Source of the DNA: the human T2T-CHM13v2.0 reference genome, Homo sapiens
Assembly: GCF_009914755.1 (NCBI RefSeq)
Contig: NC_060938.1
Strand: one strand, 5' to 3'
DNA: 64,000 nt
This document shows, piece by piece, positions 41,030-53,262 of this stretch. Position 1 is the first letter of the stretch; each line of letters starts with the position of its first letter. The notes below the pieces were generated by a model. It saw nothing but the letters and a program-made list of their open reading frames with translations. It was not told where the DNA came from and did not search any database. The position numbers and the translations under genes are program-made.

Positions 41030-43291
41030 TGATATGGTTTGGCTGTGTCCCTACTCAAATCTCATCTTGAATTTCCATGTGTTGTGGGAGGGACCTGGTG
41101 AGAGGTAATTGAATCATGGGGGCAGTTCTTTCCCATGCTTTTCTTGTGATAATAAGTCTCACAAGATCTGATGGCTATTATAAGGGGGAGTTTTCCTGCT
41201 CAAGCTCTTTGTCTGCCACCATCCACTTAAAATGGAAGTTGCTCCTCCTTGCCTTCCACCATGATTGTGAGGCTTCCCCAGCCACATGGAACTGTGAGTT
41301 CTCCATTAAACCTTTTTTCTTTGTAAATTGCCTGGTCTTGGATATGTCTTTATCAGCAGCATGAAAACAAACTAATACAGTAAATTGGTACCAGTAGAGT
41401 GGGGCGCTGCTGAGAAGATACCCAAAAATGTGAAATTGACTTTGGAACTGGGTAACAAGCCGGGGTTGGAATGGTTTGGAAGACTCAGAAGAAGTCAGGA
41501 AAATGTGAGAAAGTTTGAAACTTCCTAGAGACTTGTTGAATGGCTTTGACCAAAATCTTGATAGTGATATGGACAATAAGTTCCAGGCTGAGGTGGTCTC
41601 AGATAGAGATGAGGAACTTGTTGGAAACTGGAGCAAAGGTGGCTCTTTTTATGTTTTAGCAAAGAAACTGATAACACTTTCCCCTGCCCTAGAGATCTGT
41701 GGAACTTTGAACTTGAGAGAGGTAATTTAGAGTATCTGGTAGAAGAAGTTTCTAAGCAGCAAAGCATTCAAGAGGTGACTTGGGTGCTGTTAAAGGCATA
41801 AGTTTTATAAGGAAACATAGCATAAAAGTGTAGAAAATTTGCAGCCTGACAATATGATAGAAAAGAAAAACCCATTTTCTGAGGAGAAATTGAAGCCAGC
41901 TGCATAAATTTGCATAAGTGACAAGGAGCCAAATGTTAATCCCCAAGACAATGGGGAAAATATTTCCAGGGCATGTCAGAGGTCTTCACGGCAGCCCCTC
42001 CCATCACAGGCCTGGAGGCCTAGGAGAAAATGATTTCATGAGCCAGGCCCAGGGTCCTTGTGGTGTGTGCAGTCTAAGGACTTAGTGCCCTGTGTCCCAG
42101 CCACTCCAGCCATAACTAAAAGGGGCCAAGGTACAGCTTGGGCTATTGATTCAGAGGGTGGAAGCCCCAAGCTTTGGCAATTTCCATGTGATATTGAGCC
42201 TGTGTGTGCACAGAAGTCAAGAGTTGAAGTTTGGGGACCTCCAGTTAGATTTCAGAAGATGTATGGAAACATTGGGATGCCCAGGCAAAAGTTTGCTGCA
42301 GAGGTGAGGCCTTCATGGAGAACTTCTGCTAGGGCAGTGCAGAAGGGAAATGTGGAATCAGAGCCCCCACACAGAGTCCCTACTGGGCCACCACCTAGAG
42401 GAGCCACTGTCCTCTAGACCCCAGAATGGTAGATCCACTGACAGCTGGCACCATGCACCTGGAAAAGCAGCAGACACTCAATGCCAGCCCATGAAAGCAG
42501 CCAGGAGGGAGATTATAACCTGCAAAGCCACAGGAGCAGAGCTGCCCAAGACCATGGGAACCCACCTCCTGCATCATCATAACCTGGATATGAGGCATGG
42601 AGTCAAAGGAGATCATTTTGGATCTTTAAGATTTGACAGCCCCACTGGATTTCAGACTTGCATTGGGCCTGTAGCCTTTTTGTTTTGGCCAATGTCTCCC
42701 ATTTGGAATGGGTGTATTTACCTAATACCTGCACTTCTGTTGAATCTAGGAAGTAACTAACTTGCTTTTGATTTTACAGGCTCATAGGTAGAAGGGTCTT
42801 GTCTTGTCTCAGATGAGACTTTGGACTGTGGACTTTTGAGTTAATGCTGAAATGAGTTAAGACTTTGGGGGACTGTTGGGAAGGCATGATTGGTTTTGAA
42901 ATGTGAGGACATGAGATTTCGGAGGGGCCAGGGATGGAATGATATTGTTTGGATGTGTCCCCACCCAAATTTCATCTTGAATTCCCACATGTTGTGGGAG
43001 AGACCCAGTGGTAGGTAATTGAATCATGAGGGCAGGTCTTTCCTGTCCTTTTCTTGTGATAGTAAGTCTCATGAGATCTGATGGTCATTATAAGGGGGAG
43101 TTTTCCTGCACAAGGTCTCTTTGCCTGCTGCCATCCACGTGAGATTTAACTTGCTTCTCCTTGTCTTCTGCCATGATTGTGAGGCTTCCCCAGCCATGTG
43201 GAACTGTGAGTTCTACATTAAACCTCTTTCCTTTGTAAATTGCCCAGTCTTGGGTGTGTCTTTATCAGCAGTGTGAAAACAGACTAATACA
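41030..43291 (+). mobile_element. Full-length THE1 (A/B-type) element: LTR 41030-41379, internal, LTR 42940-43291
   Basis: TGATAT...CTAATACA LTRs; TSD AGATC/AGTTC; internal region colinear with the 3367-4937 copy. Confidence 0.95.
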
Positions 43292-45242
43292 AGTTCCATA
43301 TCCACCCTGAGTAAAGGCAGTTGGCTTATACTTGGAATTAATGTATGCTAACATTTTTTTTTCTGGGGAAGACCTGGGAAGATGAGTGTCATATGACAGA
43401 GCAAGAGTTTGAAAAGATTTATTTGCTAAAATATAGTTTTCACCTAGTTCCTCAGTAGAAAAATGAAACAATGATAAAGAAGTTAAAGAAAAGTAACAAC
43501 TAAAAAATGCTGACCCTATGAAGCAAATGTCAGGAAATAAAGCATCAACTCTTTCCTTTATCTATCATCCTGCTTAAACTTGACATAGCTTCTAGTCCAG
43601 TAACTCATGATTCAGACTGCACTCTCTCTTTTAGATACCACTTCCTCAAATGTCAGATGACCTTTTAGGCAATTTTGTTTAAAAAGTGTTTCTACAACTA
43701 CTTTATTCCTCTTATTTGGGCTTAGACTGCCAAGTATGCTTTCTAAACCTATTTCACATGCCATTGATTTTATTGAAAACATAGGCAAAGACCAATAACT
43801 AACTTTGTTTTATTTATATATATATATATTCAAACCCAAATAACTCCATATGGGAATGGGATATATAAATAGGTAAAAAGGGAAAAAAGTAACTGATCCT
43901 ATTACAATAGGTCATAAAGGAACACAAAATCAAGCACCATAGGGTCTGGAAGTTAGTTGCTTGACAGAGAAAGCATGAGATGTCCTTAGAAGGAATTTAA
44001 AACCATGAACTTAGGACACTGGTGGGGGCTAAGGAGGAAGATTGCCTATGAATAAGAACTGTGAAGTGATCTGTATGCTCCAAGTTTATTATGCTTTGCT
44101 ATAAGTTAGCAATCAGTTGCTATTCAAGACTGGAATCCACCTGAGTATTGAGGGAAGAATTGAGATTGCTGCTTTGTGTGCATGCAGGTTTTTTCATTTT
44201 GACAATGAGTTAAAGGTGTTGCCTTGATTTTCAATGTGAAGTAGAGTTCAAATTACCAAATGCTGAATTGAGAGATGAGAGTAACAATTCTTTTTTCTTT
44301 CCTGCATTGATCACTAAATAGCCTTACATTATTTTATGTGTTAACCAGGAAAATTAATATATATACTTTTAGTGATATCTTGTAATTTTTTAACTTACAT
44401 CCTCTATATAAGTTTTCTGACTTTGGTCCTCGAGATATTGGTACACAATACAAACTCACAAGTATAGTGTTCATTCATGACTCCTAGAGAATGCTTTGAT
44501 CCTGGTCATTGAAAACACACTTTCCTCTGAATATGTATGATATTGAGTACTGCACTGACTTACTTTAAGGATAAATTTTCATTGTTTATTTCAGAAACAA
44601 AAACAGTTTGGTGGTTGGAGGACTGATATCTGTATAGCACATTGTTATTATACATCAGAATTTTACAGGACATATATTTGTTCAGGATTTGAAAGGATAG
44701 CTAATACATTTTTTCCTATTCTAGTATACAATAGAAAGACCTGAAGTCATTTGCCTGGAGTAGAGGTATTACATAAATGTTAGATCATGTTAATAACTTT
44801 ATAGTCCACATGACTGCCACATGCTTGGGCATATAGACTGTTTAAAAACTAGACAGCTGATCAGCCTAAAAAAATTATTAAAGTGAATTTTATTATATAT
44901 GGACACTCAATTCCCTAGCAAATTTATTTTATATTGACCAAGGTAACAATTGCATTAATAAATTATGTAAATAAAGATGTGTAGACATTGGGAACATACA
45001 AAAAAGGAGAAAAAATGTGTACACTTTGATCTACTTTTCCAAGGTCACCATTGTTACCTGCATGATCTATTTTCTAGAGATTTGAGTTAAGTATTCTCTC
45101 ACCGAGACTGCCTTGGTTCAAACAACTATCATCTTAAGCTTGGGACACCAACACAGCTATTATTTGTTCTCCCTTCCTCTGGGATTTTGCCACTCTAAAC
45201 CAGCCTACAAGAATACAGAAGGGTATTCTTAAAATGCTATTA

Positions 45243-45856
45243 GTAACTACTCACTCAGCGTTGGTCTGAATAATGAAGAATGACAGGTTTAGGCAAGGAA
45301 GCTACAAAAAAGAAAGGGTGGAGGTGTCTTCGATGGTATTTTATTTTCAACAAAGATCACAGGAAGATGTTTACAGTACAGCAACCTCTGATTTGGACAG
45401 ATGGTTTCCTGAGATTTGGTACAAAATGAATTTGGTTATTGGCCAAAGCATGGAACTAAGTAGACCAAGGTGTGGGTTATGTCTGGACCAGTTGGCTTCA
45501 TTTAGCAATAGCAAATGCCTACATGTCATGCTTATAAACTTTACCCTGACATCTAGAGAAACATCTTTCAAACACCTGCTGCTATTCCAAAGGAGGCAAG
45601 AGATTAAAAAAAATGGATATTGATCAAAGATGCAAATCTCACTTCACTGTTGGAACGTCACTTTGAGGATATATGCCACCATCCATCAGCGGGCAACATC
45701 AAATCTGGATCTCAGTCTTCATGCATTGGCTCTGAAAGAGAATGGAAATAAGCAAGTCCTATTAATTACTGTGGATAGTAAATGATTAAAAATTCCTACA
45801 TAAATAGATGGAGTTAGCAACAAAAGATTGTGTCCCCTACATCTTCACTGCCGAAG
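45243..45856 (+). pseudogene. Candidate endogenous viral element: degraded bunyavirus-like L (RdRp) palm fragment
   Basis: Interrupts an L2 relic; ORF 45273-45623 contains GSYKKERVE and TSDLDRWFPEIWYK; +1 frame continues L*GYMPPSISGQHQIWISVFMHWL; VDS/ND at 45771-45786; similarity judged by eye only. Confidence 0.55.
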
Positions 45857-46132
45857 TCATCTCACCTCTCTACTTTAAATTTCCCAGTGCCTCTTCTTTT
45901 TCTACAAGGTAAATACCAAGAATAATATATAATGCCCTTTACAGCCTATTGATCTGTCTCTCAGGCTTCATCTTCTACCATTCACATTTAATTCTAAACT
46001 GATTGTAGTTCTTTGCATACATGGCACTATAACCTATCTTTATGCCTTTGCTCATGTTTTCTCTTATTCAGCTCCTTTTCAAAAATCAGTTTAGTTGTCT
46101 CTACCTCCCAGAAGTCACTTGGTCCTCCTCAT

Positions 46133-46730
46133 ACAGTGGATTCTGATGGTGTCCTACCCAGATCCCCTTCACTGCCAGTGTACCATTACCCATCATCTGC
46201 TGGGAATGTTGGCCAATAATAGCTCAATTACAGTCTTGTTTAGAGATGTTCTTCAGCCAAATGAGAGCCAGCTTTACCTACAGCAGATTACAGCAAAGTA
46301 CAACTAGCTTGTAGCTCACATTCAGTCCACTACTAGTTTTTATGAATAAAGTTTCATGGAAACACAGCTATGCCCATTTGTTTACATGTTGTCTTTCACA
46401 CTGCAATGGCAGAGCAGTTGCAACAGACACGGAGTGAACTGAAAAGCCAAAAGCATTTACTAATTAGACTTCTACTGAAAGATTGTGCAGATCCCTAGAG
46501 GGAACAAAATGTGAGACTGATTTTGTGGCGTTATTTGTACTCCAGCATCGATAATTTTCTCATACTATCATAATAAAACTGATCTCCTGCCAAGACCACA
46601 TCATTGTTTCACTTTTTCCTGTGTCCTATTCTGTTTCCCTCATTCCTCTTTCCTGAGGGCATTCCTCTAATGAATAATTTAAATAAGATTCACCAGCTCA
46701 GACTCTACTCCTAGAAAACCTGACCTAAGA
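46133..46730 (+). mobile_element. LTR16-type LTR with nested MER58A
   Basis: CCCAGATCCCCTTC start; ends AACCTGACCTAAGA; followed by internal sequence. Confidence 0.65.
46280..46497. mobile_element. MER58A hAT MITE
   Basis: AATAAAGTTTCATGGAAACACAGCTATGCCCATTTGTTTAC...GTTGCAACAGACAC...AAAGCCAAAAGCATTTACTA. Confidence 0.8.
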
Positions 46731-48120
46731 TGTTTGATATTTGGGATGGTCCTAGGTAGCAGATATTATATATGGGATTATGGAGTTGATTTCTCACTTG
46801 ATGGATGGGAATTATGACCCCATCCCTGATAAAGCATGGAGTTTTGATAGTCTAATGCTAAAGCTAAATATTATTAAAGCTGTGTAATTGATAGGATTTT
46901 TCACATGTGGTGGGCTGTGATGGGGACAGATGAAAGGAGCAGCACTAGCTAGTACAATATTTTGGGTATAATGAGAGGTGCTTTCATCTCTATTTCTATT
47001 TCTATTTAGAAACAGAAAGCATAATGATTATGGGATTGGGTGGCTAGAGCTAAACACCATTGATTCCATGAAAAAAAAAATTAGCAGGCTTGGATATAAC
47101 AATCAATAAGGAAAAGCACAGTGTGAGAGTTGGAGAGACTCCTTAGAAGCACTTATAAAGGATCTCTCTCCAACAGGTGGTGGAGAGACACAGACGAAAA
47201 TCAGACAGCTAAAGGATGGGTACAGCTGAACATCAGAAGTACTAAATCATGAGCTTAGGGAAGACTCATATGGCAAAGTTCTGATGCTGATAGAGAAGGA
47301 AAGGGCCCTAAGACTAGAGATGTAGATACTGGAAAAGGGAAAATTTCCACATTCAAGAACCTTGCTGCTCCAGTTTGCTCCAAATCTCCTGGACTGCAGA
47401 AGTGGCTCACCCACCCTATTGGAAGAAAGAATCCTCCCCTTTTCTTGGTGATTATGCAAAGGCCTCAAAGGGACCAACGCATTACAGGACAATGCTGGTA
47501 CTACTAAGAATCTGTCACCATCTCACATCCTGGGTAATATTCCCATAATCAGAGTGATAACACAACAAACTCAACTGGGGAGTAGCTAGGCCTGTTATAT
47601 GAAGGTAATTATTTGCCAAAGGAGCTATAGGACTGGCCGGCATGTATGCAAAGGAACCCTGAGGATAACCTTATGAGTGGATCCTAAGGGTGCTGGTTCA
47701 AAAGAAGTAGAGAGAGCAAGGGGAATTCATTGATATATGGACACTCAATTCCCTGGCAAGGATTTTGTGTGGTGTCTAATATGTTGTTGGGATAGCTTAA
47801 ATGGCTTAGCTGGTTGGTCAGTGACCTGGCTGGAAGAGCAAGATTGGAGATCTAGGAGAGAGGCATGTGGAAGAATCTATGGGAGTGGGCACAAAGAATG
47901 AGCCTTGTTATACTAAATACTAATGCCCACCAGTGAACAACCACCCCAGAAGTGGTACCAAATTAAGTGGACAGAATGACTCAGTGAGAAAATGTGAGCC
48001 AGTTCTTGTCCTCACCGAACTAATGCTTTCACAATGAACTTTTGAAAAGTAGCCATGGCAGCAGAGATTGAGACTTAATCATGGGTTCAACAATATAGGG
48101 AACATTTCACCAAGCCTCAG
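46731..48120 (+). mobile_element. ERVL-class internal remnant (ERV3-16A3-like)
   Basis: Directly follows the LTR (GGATGGTCCTAGG); GAGTGGATCCTAAGGGTGCTGG, TAATGCCCACCAG remnants. Confidence 0.6.
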
Positions 48121-49653
48121 ATTCTAGAAAGGCAAAAAGTTCAGAATGTCATTCCCTCTTCTAGTTTATACTCAGATCTTCATCTTCCACAAAAATAGCC
48201 GAATTTAATACAGATGTTTTAATTGTGTTTGTTTAAAGATACAAGGAATGCATAGTCTAACCCTCTCTAAATATAACTCTGGTACAGTCCTTGACGCATT
48301 TGTGAAAAATGATTCTCAGCCTAACCTTCAACATTTTACTAATTCCTGCAACCTTACCCTGAGGTCACATCATAAAATTAAATCTCAGGTTACGTGTTCT
48401 TTTAAGCTTTATTTCTTTGATAATGTGGCATTTCATAAGGATACTAAGAATTTCCCTGTAATGAATTACATTTGTGTTGAAAGCGTCTGCAATATTTCTG
48501 TCAATAGACAATAAATTTAAGAAGATGGTGCTAGCCTTGAATATTTACACAGAATAAAACATAAGAAGGGAATGGAGAGATTCTGTTTTTATTAATCATC
48601 ATTGTTCTGTACAAGTGTCAACTCTCCTCCCATCTCTATCCCATGTGGACTTTATCACAGTCCTCTGCCTTTCATCAAATGATCCTACACATTGGTCCTT
48701 ATGCCCTAAAATGAGTCAGCCAAGGTCACGTCCAAATTGTAATGGGGGCACAGGGACAGAAGGAAGCCTGCTCTGTATCTACCTCCCTTCAACTGAAGGT
48801 TGAAAGGATATTTTCTTCAAAGCAATAATTGCAAAGACTCTAAAGATCTGGGTATAATATGTTTTCCTCATTATTTAATTATAAAATAAATAGAAGAAAT
48901 CCACGGTCTTCTGATACAATTTAAGGCAATGTTGCTTTGTGAGATACAGAACAAAAATAAGGAGCTCACATACCTGCTTTTAAAATATAAAGCATTTTAA
49001 GAATTGCATATTCTAAACCTAGATACAATGGGAAATATCAGAAGAAAACTGCTATGCTAAAAACCGAGTTCTGAATCATCATGTGAGGTATACATTACCT
49101 TTTTAACTTTTTGTCTCTTTTTTGATAATCATTGGTTTGGGACTTTGTAAAATGTGTAAATGTAATAAAATATTTCAATGAATTTCTCTGTCACTACCAA
49201 CTGTGATAATTCAGTAAAATTAACCCATTTCCAAATACGGATGAAGCAAGGATTTTGAAATTAGAATTTATTTTGAATCCAGACTTAACAAATTAATACT
49301 TTCTAACTAAACTCCCTCTCAGCCTCAGTTTCCTCATCTGTAAAATGGGGCATTCTACCTCAAAAAGTAGTAACTATGAAATTGGATGATATATATGAAA
49401 GTGCCTAATATGAAAATGGTAGGATATCACTTGATCTTTATTTTTACTTCTCTTATTCTTCTCTTCCTTAAGAGAAAAAAAAAACTAAAATAATTCTCAG
49501 ATTATCAGTGAATTAATATGTATGAGTTTTGCAATATTTGTATAGTTTTCTGAAAATCCAGTTTGGATTATTTTTGTTTCTACAACATAGTCACTCTGAC
49601 TTAGATATATGAAATATATTTTATGTGATACTGAAGTTCAGTTTTGGAAATGA

Positions 49654-49878
49654 ACTCTCTCTCCCTCAGTCTATCTGTCTGTATGTCTGTCTCTGTTTCT
49701 CTTTCTATATATATAAGTATGTGTATATATATACATATACGTATATACATATGTATACATACATATATGTACATATACACATACATATATACATATACAT
49801 ATGTATACATATATACATATACATATATACATACATACATACATATATACGTGTGTGTGTATAACACACATATATATA
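49654..49878. repeat. (TC)/(TA)/(TATACA)n low-complexity tract
   Basis: Seen directly. Confidence 0.9.
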
Positions 49879-50518
49879 GCAATAGTTTCTGAGGATTTTG
49901 CTTTTTGAGGTAGCTATAATAGAACAATAGAAATGATCTTGGTCTTCTATCAAGGCCTGGGTTTGATTAATAATCTGCATAAATTACTTAGCTTCAAATT
50001 CCTTATCCTGGAAATGCATACAATACAGTTAGCATTTAGTCAAAATAAGTTAATTATAAAAAGTGTTAAGAAAAATTATAGAGTACTAGGCATCATTGAA
50101 ATAAAATCTAGCTACCTAAGTATAAATTAATTTCCCCAGATATTTTAGTCCAAAGTAGTTATTAAACTGTATACTTTTGAAACCTCTTAATATTTTGCTG
50201 TTATTTCTTAGTTGCTTCTTTCAGTCTCCTAAGAATACCTGAGCAGGAATGTGAAGGAAGAAAATAATTGTCATTGCTTTTTACTTTTGAGTTCAAGAAT
50301 CAGTAAGATAGATTTAAAAATAAATTTATTACAAAACAATTCAGAATACAGCTGCTCTAACTCTGATTATTGGGCTAAACACATATCTCAATAAATAATA
50401 AAACATATAAAAACAGTAGAGAAAACTACTATGCTAGTATTCTAGAAAATATTGAAAATATTGAATTAAATTAACTCAAATTAAAATTTTCACTTATGTG
50501 TACCCATCTAGCCAATAA

Positions 50519-50818
50519 TTTTCTTTTCTTTTCTCTTTTTTTTTTTTAGACAGGGTCTCACTTTGTCACCCAGGCTAGAGTACAGTGACACAATCACAGC
50601 TCACTGTGGCCTCAACCTCCCAGGCTTAGATGATCCTCCCACTTCAGCCTCCTGAGCAGCTGAAACCACAAGCGCGTGCCTGGCTGATATTTTGTATTTT
50701 TTGTAGATACAGGGTTTTGCCATATTGACCCAACTGTTCTCAAATTTCTGGGCTTAAGCAATCCTCCTACCACAGCCTCTCAAAATGCTGGGAGTGTGGG
50801 TAAGCTACCACCCCCAGC
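50519..50818 (-). mobile_element. AluJ
   Basis: CAGGGTCTCACTTTGTCACCCAGG, GGGCTTAAGCAATCCTCC; heavily diverged. Confidence 0.9.
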
Positions 50819-52069
50819 ATATCCAACAATTTAGAGAAAGTATCTGAATTACAGTTTGAGTTGTTTTATTTCATTTTTACCTAAGAATTCTAACTGATGG
50901 AACATCAACTATTTTTATATTATTAGTAATCTTAAATAGATACCCACTATCCAGATGTATTATGCAGCTGTTATTAAACTCAGTCAGCCTCTCCTTCTTG
51001 GTATATGGACCCAAGAACCAAAAGGTGCACTTCTGTAGGATTCTGGGAAACTTCTTTTCTTCTTCCCAGAGGGAGTTGATGAGGCCAAAATTTTTTGATG
51101 TATAACCATATGACTTTTATTTTCATTTTGAAGTGCACACCAGACCTGATTTCAAATTATCTTGGGTTGCACTCATTATACACTAGAATCAAAACAGAAA
51201 AGAACTAAAGTATATACTTTCTTATAAGACATTGGAGAGTCAAAATGGTGGTTAACAGGTTGGGTCATTGGTTAGAAAACATATTTACAAACTCTTCTCA
51301 TATTTTTTATTTTTAAATTGAAGGTTGAGATAAATTGAACTCAGATCCAATTACATTGCTGAATGTGATAGAAAACATAGCTACATTATCAGACACTACA
51401 CTAAATTTCCCGAATAATCCCTAATGTAAATACTGAGCACAATGTAACAGGTTTCTTCAAAGCCATCCCTATCTAAGAAGTAAGGAGGTAACCCTAGAGC
51501 TGGAAATGAGCTCTGCCTGATAAATATATGACCTTTTGTTCAACAAAATCTTGGGGTATTGGTGGCAGCATGTATCTTATAGCTTTAGAAACATTCCCAG
51601 GTCATTATCACACTTTTATGACTAAGAAACACAATTTTAAATGATTCTGTATAGATTCCATCCAGAGTAGAGGCTTATTAGAAATAAGTGAACTATGTGC
51701 AGCTAGCAGACCTAGACACAGAGAAAGCATAAGTAAAGGCATAGCTTAGAGAAAGTAACACAACTTGGAGAATGTCATATTTCAAAATTCATCCTTAGAC
51801 TTTTCCTGTTCAGGAAGTGGTAGGGAAAACAACAGTGATGCTGCTCTCAAGTGTTATCATTCTCACCTTCTCATTCTGGCAGAAGAAAGCCCACAATGGT
51901 CTATACCTTGCTCAGCCTCTTGGGATCATCCCATCTCTCAAATTCTCTTCCTACTTTAGTAGTTCTCAAATTTGACTGAATGCCGATGTAGCCAGGGGAT
52001 ATTTTAAAAACACGGATACAGGTTTTACCCCAGAAATTAAATTGTGTGGGGTGCTGATTTGTAAACAGT

Positions 52070-53025
52070 AATTCTGTCAAGTAATGTCAGCAAGAATGGC
52101 AGAGAAAAGAAGAAGCCTAGACATTGGACTTACTAGACAAATACTTTAAATCAACTATTTTAAAAATATATTAAAAGAGCTAAAGTAAACCATGTGTAAA
52201 GGGAAAGTATGAGAATGGTATCTCACCAAATGGTAATTACCTATAAAATAATAGAAATAATAAAAACCAAATTGAAATTATGGAACTAAAAAGTAAAATA
52301 TAATAACTAAAATTAAAAATTCCCTGGATGGGTTTAGTAGCATATTTAAGCTGGCAGAAAACTCGACCTAACTTGGAGTTAGGTCAATTGAGATTATCCA
52401 ATCTGAAGAACACAATGAAAAGAGAACAAGGACAATGAATAGAGCCTACAAGACCTGTGGGATATCATCAAGTATGCTGCCATATGCATGATGAGAGTCT
52501 CAAAAGGAGAGGAGAAAGAGAAACAGGCATGAAAAATATTCTAACAAATAATGGACAAAAATGTCCTAGTTCTTATTAAACACATTAATTTACACATACA
52601 GGGGACCCAATGAACTTCAAATAGGATAAACAGAGGTCCACAGTGAACAACAAATCATAATCAAACTGGTTAAAGCCAAAAAAAGGACCTGGAAGGTAGC
52701 AAAAGAGAAGTGATAAATCATATACAAGGGATACTCATGAAGACTGTCAACCAATTTGGCATCAGAAATCATTGAGGTCACAGGCAGTGAGATGAAATAC
52801 TCAAAGTACTAAAAGAAAAAAAAACCTGTGATTCAAGAATTCTATGTGTGACAAAATTGTTCTTCAAAAAAGAAAGAGAGGTTAAGATCATCCACGATAA
52901 ATAAAAATCAAGATAATGCATCACAAGCAGGCTTGCCTTAAAAGAAATACTAAAAGGAGTCCTTCAAGCTGAAGGACACTAGACAGTAATTCAAATCCAC
53001 ATGAAGAAATAAAGAGCACTGCAAA
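52070..53025 (+). mobile_element. Old L1M ORF1-region fragment
   Basis: GACATTGGACTTACTAGACAAA...GACCTGTGGGATATCATCAAG...GGAGTCCTTCAAGCTGAA. Confidence 0.75.
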
Positions 53026-53262
53026 GGCTGGCCTCCAAAATTTCTGCTGAGAGTCTCAACTTGCTATTTCTCCTTGCATGCTGACTGGTTGAATAAAGAT
53101 AATTCAGTGCAGGTTTTGATTCATAGGAAATGGCAGAGCCACAAAATTGAAGTAACCTAGATCCCAGGGTTATTATATGGAATGCTGTTCATGGAACTCC
53201 TGCACCAAATAGTTAATAAATAAAAGATATGGCTTTCTTGGTTTAAAAAGAAGGAAAGGTAT

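Noticed and set aside
45468-45530. CGLC...CLH read as a RING finger, or VQQP/LAIANAY read as piggyBac transposase
   Set aside because: Remaining zinc ligands and the GGVD motif are missing; the RdRp reading explains more motifs with correct spacing
49601-49980. Several overlapping Y/I/H/T-rich ORFs
   Set aside because: Artefacts of the (TATACA)n low-complexity tract
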